From Gammaproteobacteria bacterium (lineage in GTDB: Bacteria > Pseudomonadota > Gammaproteobacteria > UBA4575), in assembly GCA_022824965.1 (NCBI GenBank), contig JAJDYY010000003.1, positions 21,753 to 85,752 on the forward strand: a DNA stretch of 64,000 nucleotides, in the 5' to 3' direction. Under the pieces are notes generated by a model. It had not been told where the DNA came from and searched no databases. It was given only the letters and a program-made list of their open reading frames with translations. Each line of letters opens with the position of its first letter. Position 1 is the first letter of the stretch. Shown piece by piece: positions 51,060-60,107 of this stretch. The translations under genes and the position numbers were made by a program.

Positions 51060-51482
51060 CTAGAACTGCATGCCCAGGTTCAGGGCAGCGGAGAGGGCCT
51101 GGCTGTCGGTATCCAGGGCCTGTCGGGCCGATACGGTGGTTTCGAGGATCCAGGGCCCTTTCTGCCATCCGGCCCCCAGGCCAAGGATGGCACCGGTATC
51201 CTGCGTGCTGGCCCGCAGGCGGGTGCCAGAGACTTCTGCCGTAGTATCCGTACCCCTGATGTGATGCTCCAGGTGCACTGAGGCCCGTAACGAGAGCTCT
51301 CCACCGCCTGCACTTCGTGCGCTGTCGGTGGCAATGCCCAGGGCTACACTGGAACGGTCCTCGTCCGAAAAGGAGACATCGGCCTGTACCGTATCGGTAA
51401 AGCGGTCAATACTCACCTGGGTATGGGAAAGACGGATATGCGGAATCCAGTGTATCCGGGATCCCATCCGGTGTCCTGCCTC
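51060..51482 (-). pseudogene. C-terminal fragment of an autotransporter-type beta-barrel, truncated at an IS end
   Basis: EAGHRM...IPHIRLSHTQVSIDRFTD...alternating beta-strands...ALNLGMQF (terminal Phe); the reading frame runs up to the IS junction. Confidence 0.72.
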
Positions 51483-51563
51483 TGTATGGGTTCAGCTCCT
51501 ATGGCACTGTAGGGATCAGGCGGTCTCCAGTTGGACAAGGTACTCGTTTGGGGCTTGGTAGTC
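51483..51563 (-). mobile_element. IS481-family right end (inverted copy of 44101-44181)
   Basis: Reverse complement encodes DYQAPNEYLVQLETA* and ends ...GAACCCATACA; 60 of the terminal 66 nt match the left element. Confidence 0.85.
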
Positions 51564-51565
51564 GG

Positions 51566-51928
51566 GCGCTGATCCGTCGGCAGTACGACATTGAGCCAGC
51601 TGCACCTAATTACAGAGGAGGGACAGCTGAGCGTCAGCGCTATGCAGATGGAGGGGATGAAATTGATATTATTGCTTCTGTACCGCAACCGTTTTGGCAT
51701 CAATACACCCGTGCAAGACCTTCAGCCGAGGGAGAGAAGATATACAATTGCCTTTTTGTATTACAGGGTCAGGACTTGTGGTGCCTGTTGCGTCAGGGCG
51801 ATGGAGACAAGATATATTTCGGAGGCATGAAAATGGTCTGGGAAAAGAGATCCAGTCACTATTCGGAAATTCACACATCAGAAATACCTATGCTCAAAGA
51901 ATAGAAATGTCCTAATATTGGCGGGTAA
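51566..51928 (+). pseudogene. moaA: decayed 3' fragment of moaA
   Basis: YDIEPAAPNYRGG...IIASVPQPFWHQYTRARPSAEGEKIYNCLF aligns to the MoaA C-terminus; two of the three C-terminal cluster Cys are lost and there is a frameshift just before the final SYIGG. Confidence 0.88.
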
Positions 51929-52038
51929 CGAGTGCTGTGTCTGGGATGCTTATTCTTGATGCTGGTCACGAAGAATTATTTTTCTTGGGTACTGAATCCA
52001 AGTCGCAAAAAGAATATTGTTGTTTTATTGTTGTACAA

Positions 52039-52112
52039 GGCTAGGTGGCAGAGTGGTGATGCAGCGGCCTGCAAAGCCGTCTATACCGGTTCGATTCCGG
52101 TCCTAGCCTCAA
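52039..52112 (+). tRNA. tRNA-Cys(GCA)
   Basis: GGCTAGG/CCTAGCC acceptor, GCGGC-CTGCAAA-GCCGT anticodon arm, canonical T-arm and U73; 3' end reads CAA rather than CCA. Confidence 0.88.
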
Positions 52113-52133
52113 TTTGGACTGACTCATTTATCG

Positions 52134-52219
52134 GTCGGGGTGGCGGAATTGGTAGACACAAGGGACTTAAAATCCCCCGCCCGCATAGGGCATGCCGGTT
52201 CGATTCCGGCCCCGGACCA
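52134..52219 (+). pseudogene. degenerate tRNA-Leu(TAA)
   Basis: Homologous to 43322-43409 but with a G.G mismatch or 2-nt deletion in the acceptor (GTCGGGG/CCCGGAC), C.A in the D-stem, A.C in the anticodon stem, and no properly placed A73-CCA. Confidence 0.75.
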
Positions 52220-52270
52220 GTTGTACCGTCCTACAACACCTAGAAAACTCATCCATATAGCATGATGAAA

Positions 52271-52587
52271 TTAGCGTTTTGCGAAAACTTTGCCATTTTG
52301 TGTCTGAACCTGGACAAAAAGCACATCTTCCTTGAGGCTATACAAATTCTTGTGTATCTCTTTTAGGGAATATGGTACGGTAGGCGCGGTGGTTAGAAAT
52401 CTCTGAAGCACTGAGAAGCAAACCAGAGGATCCAGAAGGAGCAATAACAACATAAATCACTTCTGAACATGAACCACCCGCCAGCGTGCGAAGTATTTGG
52501 CAAGCCCTTTCTCCTCTAGTTGGGTTATAAACTAAAACAAAACGCCAAAGCGGACGCGCAAATAACGGCAATGATCAACCCGTCCAT
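52271..52587 (-). pseudogene. possible heavily decayed bamE/smpA
   Basis: Divergent from fur, the usual bamE position; MDGLIIAVICASALAFCFSL* resembles a lipoprotein leader; the remainder is AT-rich with stops. Confidence 0.3.
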
Positions 52588-52699
52588 CGTGGCGGGTTTT
52601 GTTTTTTATTGGTACACTGCAAGGGTGCGTTTCGCCTGACAAGTGCATGGCGCGCGCTCCTCATTAAAATGATCTTTTTGGTATAGCAAGGGGCTCTTA

Positions 52700-53116
52700 A
52701 TGGAAGACCAAGATCTTAAACGAGCCGGCCTCAAGGTCACAATTTCCAGGATGAAGATTCTGGAACTCCTTGAAAACTCTGATAAAAGGCACATGAGTGC
52801 CGAAGACATCTACAAGGCACTGTTGGATGTCGGGAAAGAAATCGGCCTTGCGACCATCTACCGGGTGCTCACGCAGTTCGAGGCCGCCGGCCTGGTGATC
52901 CGCCATCACTTCGAAGGTGGACAGGCCGTGTTTGAACTGGAGCGGGGCCACCACCATGATCACCTGATCTGCGTGAAGTGCGGCAAGATCGTTGAATTCG
53001 TCGACGAGTCGATCGAAGCCAAGCAAGAAAAGATCGCCGAGGAAAACGGCTTCAAAATCTCGGATCACTCGTTGATCATCTACGGGGTATGCAGCAAAGA
53101 AAACTGCCAGCAATGA
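52700..53116 (+). CDS. fur: ferric uptake regulator
   Basis: LKRAGLKVT..R.KILE, HMSAEDIY, GLATIYRVLTQFE and HHDHLIC..CG. Confidence 0.96.
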   Translation: MEDQDLKRAGLKVTISRMKILELLENSDKRHMSAEDIYKALLDVGKEIGLATIYRVLTQFEAAGLVIRHHFEGGQAVFELERGHHHDHLICVKCGKIVEFVDESIEAKQEKIAEENGFKISDHSLIIYGVCSKENCQQ

Positions 53117-53192
53117 GCCCGCCTGGATTCCCCGTTTCCTGAAATCGAACGCCGACCCCCCCTCCGGAAAAACGGTTTCGAATTTTTCGCTT

Positions 53193-54551
53193 ATGTCCGA
53201 TCCAGTCTTCCCCCCTGGCCCGTCCGGCAACGGCAAGCTGGGCTGCCTGCCTGAAATGCGCCAAAACCCCATGACCTTTCTGCAGGACGTGGCCGAAGAG
53301 TACGGCGGCATCGCCCGCATCAACATGGGGGCGTACTGCTCCTACCTGGTCTCGGAACCGAGGTTGATCAAGGAGGTGCTGGTTGACCATTACGACAAGT
53401 ACAAGAAGAACACCCGCTACAAGCAGGTCCGGATGGTCATCGGCGAGGGCATGCTGCTGAGCGAGGGGATGATCTGGAAGGAGCAGCGCACCCGGGCCCA
53501 GCCCAAATTCACGGCCAAGGCACTGAATGCCCAGCTGGACTGGATCTCGAAACTCGCGGCCAAGTTCATCGATGCCTGGCAGGCACCTGCCCGAGCTGGC
53601 GACCCGATCGAGCTTGAGTACCAGTTCAACCTGCTGACGCAGTTGCTGGCCGGAGTCTGGGTGATGGGCCGGGGGTTTCAGAAGCGGGCTGCCACGGTAG
53701 CCGGCATCTACCACCAGATCCGCATGAACTGGCCGGAAATGACCGATCTCAGGGCCAGCCTGCTGCGCCCCAAAAACCTGAGGAAAGCCGTCAATTTCAG
53801 GCTTGCACTGCGGGAACTGGACCGCTGCATATACGAGTTGCTGGACGAATATCCCTCCATCATGCAGGACGACATCGGTTTCCTGAAGCATCTGCTTGAA
53901 GAGGGCGAGGCCCCGGAAAAACAGATCAGGCAAAACCGGCGCAGCCTCCGGGACCAAGTCCTGACGCTTTTCGTGACCGCGTTCGAGACGACCGCGACCT
54001 CGCTGTGCTGGACCCTGTACGTGATTGACCGCTACCCCGAGGTCAAGCGGCGCATCCGGGAAGAAATGGACTCGGTGCTCGATGGCGGGGAGCTGACCCC
54101 GGAGCAGCTCAGCCGGCTGGAGTACACCGAGAAGGTCGTCAAGGAATCCCTGCGGTTGTATTCATCGGTACACTCGTTCTCGCGGGTGGCGCTGCAGGAC
54201 CACCTGATCGGCGGCTACCGGGTCCCCAGGGACACGACGGTCATCATTTCCTCGTATGTAACTCATCGCCTTGCGCAGTACTGGGAGGATCCGGAGCGCT
54301 TTGATCCGGAGCGCTTTGACAAGGCGCGCTCGGTCGGTCGGTCACGGTTTGCCTACATCCCCTTTGCTGCCGGTCACCGCAACTGCATCGGCTCCTACAT
54401 GGCGCTCATGCAGAGCAAGCTGGTCGTCGCGCTGATCATGCAACGCTACGATCTGTCGCTGGTGCCCGGTCATGTCGTAGAACCACAGGCGGCCACCACC
54501 ATGCGTCCTAGGTACGGGATGAAAATGAATATCAGCCGCCTGGTCGGCTGA
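53193..54551 (+). CDS. cytochrome P450
   Basis: ExxR (ESLR), PERF and heme motif FAAGHRNCIG; I-helix reads TAFETT. Confidence 0.93.
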   Translation: MSDPVFPPGPSGNGKLGCLPEMRQNPMTFLQDVAEEYGGIARINMGAYCSYLVSEPRLIKEVLVDHYDKYKKNTRYKQVRMVIGEGMLLSEGMIWKEQRTRAQPKFTAKALNAQLDWISKLAAKFIDAWQAPARAGDPIELEYQFNLLTQLLAGVWVMGRGFQKRAATVAGIYHQIRMNWPEMTDLRASLLRPKNLRKAVNFRLALRELDRCIYELLDEYPSIMQDDIGFLKHLLEEGEAPEKQIRQNRRSLRDQVLTLFVTAFETTATSLCWTLYVIDRYPEVKRRIREEMDSVLDGGELTPEQLSRLEYTEKVVKESLRLYSSVHSFSRVALQDHLIGGYRVPRDTTVIISSYVTHRLAQYWEDPERFDPERFDKARSVGRSRFAYIPFAAGHRNCIGSYMALMQSKLVVALIMQRYDLSLVPGHVVEPQAATTMRPRYGMKMNISRLVG

Positions 54552-54603
54552 GCGGGCTCCCGGCTTCAGGCGCGGGACCACCTTTTCTTCGACACCTGTA
54601 CGG

Positions 54604-55854
54604 TCAGTGCCTTTCGATCATGTATGGCCTTTCCTCGGCTTCGCTGTCCGCACCGGCCGGCTCCTTTCCGGTGCCCAGGCTCCAGTGCAGCACCAACCAT
54701 GCAGCCAGGGCAGACGCCACGGACCCGATCAGGATGCCCAGACGGTCTCCGGCAAAGTACTCTCCGCCGCCGTGCTGAAAGGCAAGCCCCGCAATGAAGA
54801 GGCTCATCGTGAAACCGATGCCGCACGCCCACGCCACTCCCAGGATCTGGAACCAGGTGACGCCCTTCGGCAAGGATACCAGACGCAGCAGCACCCCGAG
54901 GCCGATAAAAATCATGATTCCGAACGGTTTGCCCAGAAAAAGTCCCAGTACTACCCCCAATGTGACCGGATGCAGCACATCGCCAATACCGACGCCGCCC
55001 AGTGAAAGCCCAGCGTTGGCGAAGGCGAATATCGGCAGGATCGCGTATGTTACCGGAGCATGCAGGTCGTGCTCGAGCTCACGCAACGGCGAGTGCCCGT
55101 CCGAGCCCTGCAGTGGCACGCAGAACGCGATCAGCACCCCGGCCAGGGTAGCATGCACGCCGGACTTCAGCATTGCTACCCAGAGCACTACCCCGAGAAA
55201 GACGTACGCTGCAACCCGCGTGACCCGGAAGCGGTTCAGGGCAATACCAACGGACAGTGCGATCGCGCCCACCCAAAGGGCCTGCAGCGACAGGTCGGCC
55301 GAGTAGAAAATTGCGATGATCACGATCGCAGCGAGATCATCGAAGATGGCGAGGGTCAGCAAGAATACCTTGAGCGCGGTCGGCACCCTGCATCCAAACA
55401 CGCTCAGCAGGGCCAGTGCAAACGCAATGTCCGTGGCCACCGGGATCGCCCAACCATCCAGGGCTGCCGGGTCCTGCCAGTTCAACGCGATGTAGATTGC
55501 CGCAGGGACGACCATTCCGCCGAACGCACCGAGTCCGGGCAGCACGACATCCCGCGCGGAGGAGAGTTCTCCTTCCACGAACTCGCGTTTGACCTCGAGT
55601 CCGATCAGGAAGAAAAAAATGGCCATCAGGCCATCGTTGATCCAGAGCAAAAGAGGCTTCGCGATGACCAGGGCACCGACCTGCACGGCGACCGGGGTGT
55701 TGAGCAGGGCTGTGTAGGCCTCCGCGAACATGGAATTTGCAGTGACCAGGGCCACGATCGTGGCCACAAGCAGCAGGAGACCGCCAATCGACTCGAGTCG
55801 AATGAACTCGCGAATTGCAGATGCGATCGGCTGAAGTCGCTCAGTTTGATTCAT
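54604..55854 (-). CDS. nhaA: Na+/H+ antiporter NhaA
   Basis: WINDGLMAIFF, GLEVKRE, PVATDIAFAL, LAIFDDL and GIGFTMSLFI. Confidence 0.95.
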   Translation of the reverse strand: MNQTERLQPIASAIREFIRLESIGGLLLLVATIVALVTANSMFAEAYTALLNTPVAVQVGALVIAKPLLLWINDGLMAIFFFLIGLEVKREFVEGELSSARDVVLPGLGAFGGMVVPAAIYIALNWQDPAALDGWAIPVATDIAFALALLSVFGCRVPTALKVFLLTLAIFDDLAAIVIIAIFYSADLSLQALWVGAIALSVGIALNRFRVTRVAAYVFLGVVLWVAMLKSGVHATLAGVLIAFCVPLQGSDGHSPLRELEHDLHAPVTYAILPIFAFANAGLSLGGVGIGDVLHPVTLGVVLGLFLGKPFGIMIFIGLGVLLRLVSLPKGVTWFQILGVAWACGIGFTMSLFIAGLAFQHGGGEYFAGDRLGILIGSVASALAAWLVLHWSLGTGKEPAGADSEAEERPYMIERH

Positions 55855-55955
55855 GACGTTTCCGTTGATCTTTGCAGGTCTCAGCTACGCAGAGGGCCGG
55901 GCGATGCGGGCGGGAAGCACCTTTCCGTGCCGGGTCACCGCAAGCCTTTCTGCGG

Positions 55956-56729
55956 CTAGCTGCGAATGCCCACCCCTTTGGTCAAAAGATAAAGGGATAA
56001 CAGAAAAAGCACAACCAGCAACCCGATCATGACGGCCAATGCGACCGACAGGTCGATGTCCGATACTCCAAGGATACCCAGCCGGAAGCCGTTCACCATG
56101 TACAGGATCGGGTTGGCCTGGGAAACCCCCTGCCAGAAATCCGGCAGCATGTCAATGCTGAAAAAAATCCCGCCCAAATAGGTCAGGGGCATGAGTACGA
56201 AGGTCGGGATAATCGAGGTGTCGTCGAAGCTCTTTGCAAAGATTCCGTTGATCAGGCCAGCGGTGGAAAACAACGCCGCAGTCAAAGTGGCCGTCACGAT
56301 CACCAGGGTCAGACTGTGGACCTGCAGGCGCGTGAAAAACATCGCCGTGAGGGTGACCGCCACGCCCACCACAAGCCCGCGTGCGACCCCGCCAAGCACG
56401 AAGCCGAGCACGATGATGTAGTTGGGCATGGACGAGACCAGCATCTCCTCGATGTGGCGCTGGAACTTGCAGCTGTAGAAGGACGACACCGAATTCGCGT
56501 AGGAATTGGAAATGATGCCCAGCATGATAAGCCCGGGAGCGATGAACTCGATATAGGAATAGCCATCCACCCCGCCGATCCTCGAGCCGATGAACTTTCC
56601 CATGATCAGGAAGTACAGGGCCACGGTAATTGCCGAGGGCAGGATGGTCTGCACCCAGATTCGCACAAACCGGCGGATTTCCTTCGCCACCAGCGTGCGC
56701 AGGGCAATGATCTGATGTGATGGGCTCAT
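55956..56729 (-). CDS. ABC-2 type permease (YadH-like)
   Basis: KEIRRFVRIWVQT, YIEFIAPGLIM and PLTYLGGIFFS. Confidence 0.9.
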   Translation of the reverse strand: MSPSHQIIALRTLVAKEIRRFVRIWVQTILPSAITVALYFLIMGKFIGSRIGGVDGYSYIEFIAPGLIMLGIISNSYANSVSSFYSCKFQRHIEEMLVSSMPNYIIVLGFVLGGVARGLVVGVAVTLTAMFFTRLQVHSLTLVIVTATLTAALFSTAGLINGIFAKSFDDTSIIPTFVLMPLTYLGGIFFSIDMLPDFWQGVSQANPILYMVNGFRLGILGVSDIDLSVALAVMIGLLVVLFLLSLYLLTKGVGIRS

Positions 56730-57655
56730 GATGGCTCCACGGACTGTCCGGTCAGGGTAAGGAACAGCTCCTCCAGGCGGTTGGCCTTGTTGCGGATACT
56801 CAACACCGTCACCGCCTGGCGGTTCAGGAGGTCGAACAGCCGGTGCAGGGTCTTGCCGTGCGAGAGCACGACCTCCAGCGTGTACGCATCGAGCAGCTTG
56901 TAGCTGAAGTCCTCCAGGTCCAAGGGGGCGGTGACCGGGCCTTCCAGATAGAGGATGAAGCTTTCCTCCTTGAGCTTTTCGAGCAGCTTGCGCATGGAGG
57001 TGTTCACGATGATCCGGCCGTGGTCGATGATGCCGATGTTCCTGCACAGGCGTTCCGCTTCCTCGAGGTAATGCGTGGTAAGAATGATGGTCTTCTTGTC
57101 CTCGTTGATCCTTCGCATCAGGTCCCAGATCGATCTGCGAATCTCGATGTCGACGCCGGCCGTGGGTTCATCCAGGATCAGCAGTTCGGGATCATGCACG
57201 AGTGCCCGGGCGATCATGAGCCTGCGGTTCATTCCACCGGACAGCTCCTGGGGCGTCTGCTTGCGCCGCTTCCACAGGTTCAGCTGATGCAGGCACTGCT
57301 CGGCTGCATCCCGGGCTGCACGCCGGCCCATGCCGAAGTAGCCGGCCTGGTCCGTCAGGATCTCGAGGACGGGCTGGAACTTGTTGAAGTTGAACTCCTG
57401 GGGCACCACGCCGACCTTGCTTTTTGCCTGCGAGAAATGAGTGTCGATATCGTGGCCCATGATACGTACCTGGCCGGCCGACTTGTTGACCAGCGAGGTG
57501 GCGATTCCGATCAGGGTTGACTTGCCCGCACCGTTGGGCCCCAGCAGGGCAAAAAAATCTCCGGTCTCGACCTCGAGGTCAACGCCGTCCAGCGCAACCA
57601 CGTCGTTACGGTAGGTCTTGCTGAGGCTTTTTATTGATAAGGCGGGTTCAATCAT
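56726..57655 (-). CDS. ABC ATP-binding protein (YadG-like)
   Basis: GPNGAGKST, LSGGMNRR, LDEPTAGVD and TTHYLEEAE. Confidence 0.92.
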   Translation of the reverse strand: MIEPALSIKSLSKTYRNDVVALDGVDLEVETGDFFALLGPNGAGKSTLIGIATSLVNKSAGQVRIMGHDIDTHFSQAKSKVGVVPQEFNFNKFQPVLEILTDQAGYFGMGRRAARDAAEQCLHQLNLWKRRKQTPQELSGGMNRRLMIARALVHDPELLILDEPTAGVDIEIRRSIWDLMRRINEDKKTIILTTHYLEEAERLCRNIGIIDHGRIIVNTSMRKLLEKLKEESFILYLEGPVTAPLDLEDFSYKLLDAYTLEVVLSHGKTLHRLFDLLNRQAVTVLSIRNKANRLEELFLTLTGQSVEPS

Positions 57656-57678
57656 GGGTTACAATGAGAAGGTTTTTC

Positions 57679-59103
57679 ATGGTACTTGAATCCCCTGTAC
57701 CGAGGAATGAAGTAGTGACCCCAGACAGCTTGCAATGTTTTTACACCGGAAAGGTTTCAGACAGCATCCCTGTCCATGTCGTATTCCACGCAGACTATGC
57801 GGGCTGGAAAGGCCGCCAGTCCCCTGTGGTGCAAAACTGGCTGCAGACCGCCTGCATCCGGCCTGAACCGAACCGTCCTGTGTGCATTCCGGATACCCAG
57901 GGCCGACTGGCTAGTGTACTGGTAATTGCCGAGCCTGAAAACATCCTCTGGTCGCTGGGCCAAGGCCCGCACAGCCTGCCGGCGGGCCACTATCACCTTG
58001 TAGAAACCGCGGGCGCGCCGGACCCCGACCCGTACCTGCTGGGATGGGGGATGGGAGCGTACCGCTACACCCGGTACCGGAAAAACGAAAACCCGGCCTG
58101 CATGCTGTGCATCGATGGTGCGAAAGATCGCCTGCGGATCGAGGCGCTGCTCGAGGCCGTGACCCTGGTACGAGACCTGGTCAATACCCCGGCCTCGGAC
58201 ATGATGCCGCAGCACCTGGAGGCCCACATGCGCTCCATCACCGAGGGCTTCAGTGTTGACCTCAGCGCCTGCGTGGGCGATGCGCTGATCGAGCAGAACT
58301 ACCCCACCATCCATGCGGTCGGTCGGGCCAGCGTTCATCCACCGCGACTCATTGCCTGGCACTGGGGCCGCAAGGGCTACCCCCGCGTTACACTGATCGG
58401 CAAGGGGGTTTCGTTTGACAGCGGCGGTCTGGACATCAAGAGCTCACGCGGCATGCGCCTGATGAAAAAGGACATGGGTGGGGCAGCACACGCGGCAGGG
58501 GTCGCAAGTGCCATCATGAAGCTTGACTTGCCAATCCGCCTGCAGGTACTGATCCCGGCGGTGGAGAATGCCATCTCCGGCAATGCCTATCGTCCTGGCG
58601 ATGTCCTGACCTCAAGGAGCGGCAAGACCATAGAAGTCGAGGATACGGATGCCGAAGGGCGCCTGATCCTGTGTGATGCCATTTCACAGGCGGTGGAGGG
58701 CAAGCCTGATCTCATCATCGACTTCGCCACCCTGACCGGTGCTGCAAGGGTAGCCTTGGGCACGGAAGTGCCTGCATTCTTCACGAACGATACAGGCATC
58801 ACCCGGGAGCTGGTCGGCGCATCCGTGCATGTCGATGACCCGGTCTGGCAACTTCCGCTGCACCGGTCCTACCGGCGGCTTCTGGACAGCGACATCGCGG
58901 ATATCTCGAATTGCTCAAGCACTGACTATGCGGGTGCAATCACCGCAGCATTGTTCCTGGCCGAGTTTGTCCCCGACGCCATCCCCTGGCTACATTTTGA
59001 TGTCATGTCCTGGAATACAAGCGAGCGGGCAGGGCGGCCCAAGGGCGGGGAAGCGATGGGCCTTCGCGCCGTGGTCGAGTTTCTCCAGCGGAGATACGCA
59101 TGA
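57679..59103 (+). CDS. M17 leucyl aminopeptidase family protein
   Basis: GKGVSFDSGGLDIK, MKKDMGGAA, DTDAEGRL and DFATLTGA. Confidence 0.92.
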   Translation: MVLESPVPRNEVVTPDSLQCFYTGKVSDSIPVHVVFHADYAGWKGRQSPVVQNWLQTACIRPEPNRPVCIPDTQGRLASVLVIAEPENILWSLGQGPHSLPAGHYHLVETAGAPDPDPYLLGWGMGAYRYTRYRKNENPACMLCIDGAKDRLRIEALLEAVTLVRDLVNTPASDMMPQHLEAHMRSITEGFSVDLSACVGDALIEQNYPTIHAVGRASVHPPRLIAWHWGRKGYPRVTLIGKGVSFDSGGLDIKSSRGMRLMKKDMGGAAHAAGVASAIMKLDLPIRLQVLIPAVENAISGNAYRPGDVLTSRSGKTIEVEDTDAEGRLILCDAISQAVEGKPDLIIDFATLTGAARVALGTEVPAFFTNDTGITRELVGASVHVDDPVWQLPLHRSYRRLLDSDIADISNCSSTDYAGAITAALFLAEFVPDAIPWLHFDVMSWNTSERAGRPKGGEAMGLRAVVEFLQRRYA

Positions 59104-60107
59104 CTGCTCCCGGGACGGCCATGAACCGAGCTGCTGCCCATCCGCACATTCTGTGCGTGGCCCCCATGATGAATTGTACGGACCGCCATTACCGCTACCT
59201 CGCACGCCTGCTGAGCAAGCACTGCCTGCTGTACACTGAAATGATGGCGGCCGGTGCTCTGGTGCACGGCGAACACGAGCGCCTGCTCGAGTTCGACTCG
59301 AGCGAGCATCCGCTCGCCCTGCAGGTCGGGGGAAGCCATGTGCCGGACATGCAGCGCTGCACCGAGTATGCCGCAGAGTATGGCTATGATGAGGTCAATA
59401 TCAATGTCGGCTGTCCCAGCAACCGCGTACAGGCGGGCCGGTTCGGGGCCTGCCTGATGCTTGAGCCGGACACCGTGGCAGACTGTGTTCGCGCCATGAA
59501 AACCGTGGCGCCCCTTCGGATCAGCGTCAAGACCCGGATCGGCGTAGATGATCACGACCGTTACGAGGACCTGCATCACTTCATCAGCACGGTGGCCGCG
59601 GCGGGCTGCTCCATTTTCATCATGCACGCGCGCAAGGCCTTTTTGTCCGGTCTGAGCCCAAAGCAGAACCGCAGCGTCCCCCCGCTGCGCCCTGAGTTCG
59701 TATATCGCCTGAAACAGGATTTTCCGGACCTGAGGATCGTTCTCAACGGCGGTTTGTCCGATGAGGCAGAAATCCTGCAGCACCTGGAGCACGTAGACGG
59801 AGTCATGATTGGCAGGGAAGCGTATGAAAATCCCTACTTCCTGGCCCGCCTGGATGCCGCGCTGTTTCACACGCGGATGCCTTCACGTGGCGAGGTGCTG
59901 GACGCCTACAAGGGCTATGCTCGTCGGCAGCTCGATGCCGGCGTGCCACTGGCCACCCTGTGCCGCCATCTGTCCGGCCTGTTTCACAGCATGCCCGGCG
60001 CCAAGGCATGGCGCCGGGTCCTGAACGAAAGCTCCGGTGAAAGGGATGCGGGCCTGGAAACCATTTACATGGCAGAACAATTTGTCACGGGAGGCCTGCA
60101 TGATTGA
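59100..60107 (+). CDS. dusA: tRNA dihydrouridine(20/20a) synthase
   Basis: VAPMM, NINVGCPS.RVQAGRFGACLM, HARKAFL.GLSPKQNR and NGG. Confidence 0.92.
   Translation: MTAPGTAMNRAAAHPHILCVAPMMNCTDRHYRYLARLLSKHCLLYTEMMAAGALVHGEHERLLEFDSSEHPLALQVGGSHVPDMQRCTEYAAEYGYDEVNINVGCPSNRVQAGRFGACLMLEPDTVADCVRAMKTVAPLRISVKTRIGVDDHDRYEDLHHFISTVAAAGCSIFIMHARKAFLSGLSPKQNRSVPPLRPEFVYRLKQDFPDLRIVLNGGLSDEAEILQHLEHVDGVMIGREAYENPYFLARLDAALFHTRMPSRGEVLDAYKGYARRQLDAGVPLATLCRHLSGLFHSMPGAKAWRRVLNESSGERDAGLETIYMAEQFVTGGLHD

Larger units (their letters stand above)
51584..52219 (+). repeat. right copy of the diverged direct duplication (moaA 3' end + tRNA-Cys + tRNA-Leu)
   Basis: Collinear with 42788-43409; visibly more AT-rich outside the tRNAs. 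Confidence 0.9.

Noticed and set aside
54289-54318. Exact 15-bp tandem duplication encoding DPERF-DPERF in the P450
   Set aside because: PERF-like repeats are common in the P450 meander region, so it is not evidence of anything unusual.
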